A stretch of DNA of 49,491 nt. Source: a virus. Its lineage: Duplodnaviria; Caudoviricetes. Made by a program: the position numbers and the translations under genes. Positions 47,056 through 49,491 of the stretch are shown here, piece by piece. Below the pieces are notes generated by a model that saw only the letters and a program-made list of their open reading frames with translations, did no database searches and was not told the origin of the DNA. How positions within the stretch are numbered: the first letter of the stretch is position 1; each line of letters begins with the position of its first letter. Location of the stretch: positions 1 to 49,491 of IMG/VR virus record IMGVR_UViG_3300026279_000387; one strand, given 5' to 3'.

Positions 47056-47661
47056 TTATAGGATCTTGAAAAAATCCTGGAATTCTTCAATTGACATGTG
47101 ATGCAGGTTCCCCCACACTTTTAAGTTGTCTGGCAAGTAGGGTTCTTCTTTACTTGCTACACGTATATATCTCTTATTTGGATTTTTTTGAATTACAATA
47201 CCTGTTTGTCTAGCCCAATTACCATGATATGTTGCTGTATCTTCAGATGTTTTATAATTTTTTGTGTTTGCATATATGTTATTAATCTTATTATTAACCT
47301 TAGTACCTTTATAATCAAAGCCTAAAATATAGATTTCATTATGATTACGCTCTTCTTCACTAGCTAAATGTAGTGCCGTAGGTCCACTACTCCAACCTAA
47401 ACTTGGGTCAAAGTAGTTAAATTTATTAAAATCTTTATAAACTCTATTAGGATTTGTCCATACCTCGTGTGTAAGTTGCCACCCTACAGCATTAATTTCG
47501 TTAACCATCTTAGTATCAACAGCTACTAGATAATCAGGGTCAAACTCTCTATATAAAGCATTACAGCCATATATTTGACCAAATGGTTTTAATTTATGTA
47601 AGTTGATAGGTTTACGACTTGTGCCATTTCCAATAACAAATGCCACAGTAGATCTGGGCAT
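47056..47661 (-). CDS. Putative glycosyltransferase-like protein (Maf/DUF115 or CstII-like)
   Basis: AFVIGNGTSR, YGCNALYR..PDYLVAVD, SSGPTAL and IYILGFDY. Confidence 0.55.
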   Translation of the reverse strand: MPRSTVAFVIGNGTSRKPINLHKLKPFGQIYGCNALYREFDPDYLVAVDTKMVNEINAVGWQLTHEVWTNPNRVYKDFNKFNYFDPSLGWSSGPTALHLASEEERNHNEIYILGFDYKGTKVNNKINNIYANTKNYKTSEDTATYHGNWARQTGIVIQKNPNKRYIRVASKEEPYLPDNLKVWGNLHHMSIEEFQDFFKIL

Positions 47662-47665
47662 AGTA

Positions 47666-47914
47666 TTAAACTGCCTGTTCGGCGTTCGCGGCTATTCCGT
47701 ACATTTGGCGTACGAAGTCAAGTTCTTTTATTTGTTCTTCAGAATGTAACTCTGCCGCTTTGCGGGTTTTATTAATTTGACGCAAGGTTAATCTTGTTTT
47801 GCGAGTATCGTCACGTTGAACAATAGACTCGTCGTCAATAGGATCATATTGTTTATTATCCACTGGCTCGAGTGTTTCTTTATCGAAGTAAAATATTTCT
47901 CGCAACATTGTCAT
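47666..47914 (-). CDS. Small hypothetical head-module protein
   Basis: ORF directly after the portal gene; RKTRLTL.QIN..R basic helix; CATAAATA element upstream. Confidence 0.65.
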   Translation of the reverse strand: MTMLREIFYFDKETLEPVDNKQYDPIDDESIVQRDDTRKTRLTLRQINKTRKAAELHSEEQIKELDFVRQMYGIAANAEQAV

Positions 47915-47922
47915 ACTACTAT

Positions 47923-49491
47923 TTATGCGGGAGGTGGTGTAGCACCGCCATCGTCCGCTCCTCCAGTTGCTGTTTCTGGTGCAGGAGCTGTTCCACCATC
48001 TTCAGGTGGTACTTCAGCTTCAGGATCAACGTCTTCCATTCCGCCCATATCAGCACCTATACCTGCTCCACTAATTCCAGCAGTTCTCATTTCTCCTGCC
48101 GCGTCAGTTGGTAATGGTGTTAAGTTCTCGTCGTTTTCTTCTTTCCATAAACGTTCATTCTCAGCAAGTTCTTCTTCTGTCATTCCTAAGAAACGTTTTA
48201 ATGCAAATCTATTTGAAATATAAGGTATAGCACTCATTTGTGTATACGTTGGTACACGAGCATTATCAAGTTCACTTTGTCTATAACTTGCAAAGTTTTG
48301 TGGTGGTTGCATTCTAAGATCAAACATTGCAGTATCAATGTTTACACCTTTTTCTATCAAATAACGTTTAAATTCTTGGTTAAATTCTTCTGTAAGTAAG
48401 TTTTGTAATCTCTCACAGTAATTATTAAAACGTAATTCTTGAATATATGCTGTGCCAACTCTACCGTCTTGGTAATTACTTTGTCCATCATCTGGACCAG
48501 TTGGTAAGTAAGAACTTGGAATACGTAATCCACGTACAAGTTTATTAGTAAAATATTTTAAGTCGTCAATCTCACCTAAGTTAGTACCACCTGGTAATGT
48601 TTCAACTTTTGATCCTCTTCCTTCTGCTGTTTGTGGGAAAAAGTAATCTTCGTTTATAGATAATGGATTGTATGCACTATCAATAACATTTTGTCCTCCA
48701 CCACTTGACGAAGGTATTCTTCGTTGATGGATATCAGTTTTTACTCTTTCAACAAACTGCATAGCTAAGTGACTTGGCATGTTACCTACGTCAACATAAA
48801 ATACTCTACGTTCTGGTGCTCGTTGTACTCTGTAAATTATAATTGCATCTTCTAATAATTCTTTTTGTTTGTAAACTTTAAAAATACTTTCTAGTAATGA
48901 ATTACCAAATGGAAAATTATTATCTAATCCTTCTGACAAACTAAGGTGTACTATATTCTTAGCATCAACTGTAACTTCTTTAAGGTCTTTAGTAAATCTT
49001 CCTGCACTTGTATGTTGGTTTGGTGCACCAACTTGTCCTCTAACGCCGCCTGTTAAATAACCGTCACCTCCACCAGTAACGTTACCGCTAGTCTGATGTG
49101 GAGTTGTAGCTACCATATGTGTAAAGTTTAAGTTTACATCTCTAATAACATATTGTTCTGGTTTCTTACCTTCTGATTCATTTACAATAATACGTGATAC
49201 TTTTGCAGGATCAACATGAAACAATTTTTTAGTTTCTGGATCTCTAATAAAAAATGCATCACCATATTTAAAAGTGTTACGAATGATTTTAAACATTCTA
49301 GTTTCAAACTTTTGTAACTTAGACCATTGCTGTAAGTATTGTGAAAGTACTGTAATTTCTGAATTTGTAGCTTTTTGTTTAAAGTCCATTTTAAATGGAG
49401 TTTTGTTTTGCTTGTTTTGTTGTGTACAAAATTCTCCAAGAATATCTAATGCGGCATTTACTTCCGAATCCATATCCATAGTATTATATTG
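47923..49491 (-). CDS. gp20: Portal vertex protein (T4 gp20-like), 5'-truncated
   Basis: LLEDAIIIYRVQRAPERRVFYVDVGNMP, EDYFFP, GSKVETLPGG.NLGEIDD..YF..KL..GLRIP; the frame is open to the window edge (QYNTMDM...). Confidence 0.96.
   Translation of the reverse strand, partial: QYNTMDMDSEVNAALDILGEFCTQQNKQNKTPFKMDFKQKATNSEITVLSQYLQQWSKLQKFETRMFKIIRNTFKYGDAFFIRDPETKKLFHVDPAKVSRIIVNESEGKKPEQYVIRDVNLNFTHMVATTPHQTSGNVTGGGDGYLTGGVRGQVGAPNQHTSAGRFTKDLKEVTVDAKNIVHLSLSEGLDNNFPFGNSLLESIFKVYKQKELLEDAIIIYRVQRAPERRVFYVDVGNMPSHLAMQFVERVKTDIHQRRIPSSSGGGQNVIDSAYNPLSINEDYFFPQTAEGRGSKVETLPGGTNLGEIDDLKYFTNKLVRGLRIPSSYLPTGPDDGQSNYQDGRVGTAYIQELRFNNYCERLQNLLTEEFNQEFKRYLIEKGVNIDTAMFDLRMQPPQNFASYRQSELDNARVPTYTQMSAIPYISNRFALKRFLGMTEEELAENERLWKEENDENLTPLPTDAAGEMRTAGISGAGIGADMGGMEDVDPEAEVPPEDGGTAPAPETATGGADDGGATPPPA

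Noticed and set aside
278-49439. Many short antisense or alternate-frame ORFs (e.g. 278-607, 11199-11549, 19726-19989, 20747-21031, 41128-41550, 44715-45209, 47816-48223)
   Set aside because: They lie wholly or mostly within well-supported genes and have no recognisable motifs; they are shadow ORFs from codon bias.
1-49491. Stop-codon reassignment, introns or inteins
   Set aside because: Genes tile densely under the standard code and TAA, TAG and TGA all terminate genes; no split core genes or intein motifs were seen.

Overview
AT-rich fragment of a large T4-like (myovirus-type) phage genome covering virion morphogenesis genes; both terminal ORFs are truncated by the window. The minus strand runs portal (gp20), two inserted genes, an acidic core protein, prohead protease (gp21), scaffold and major capsid protein (gp23). 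It continues through about 38 kb of tail-fibre or appendage-like genes, including three giant mosaic proteins of 1760, 2314 and 2922 aa and three roughly 10% Cys, Gly-rich paralogs with two chaperone-like partners. A glycan-modification block (GT9-like transferase, SGNH-like protein, NodU/CmcH carbamoyltransferase) is embedded among these genes. A convergent plus-strand operon encodes a Nudix hydrolase, HldE, HldD, a cupin and a 2OG-Fe(II) oxygenase. Main leads: (1) an ORF-less, highly structured RNA transcription unit with its own sigma70 promoter and terminator just after gp23; (2) a probable phage-encoded heptosylation and carbamoylation system for the virion; (3) phycobiliprotein-like KCERD helical repeats, nested inside each other, in the giant proteins; (4) a GATAAATA late-promoter variant and several structured 5' leaders. 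All calls come from motif reading and manual folding; no database searches or folding programs were run.
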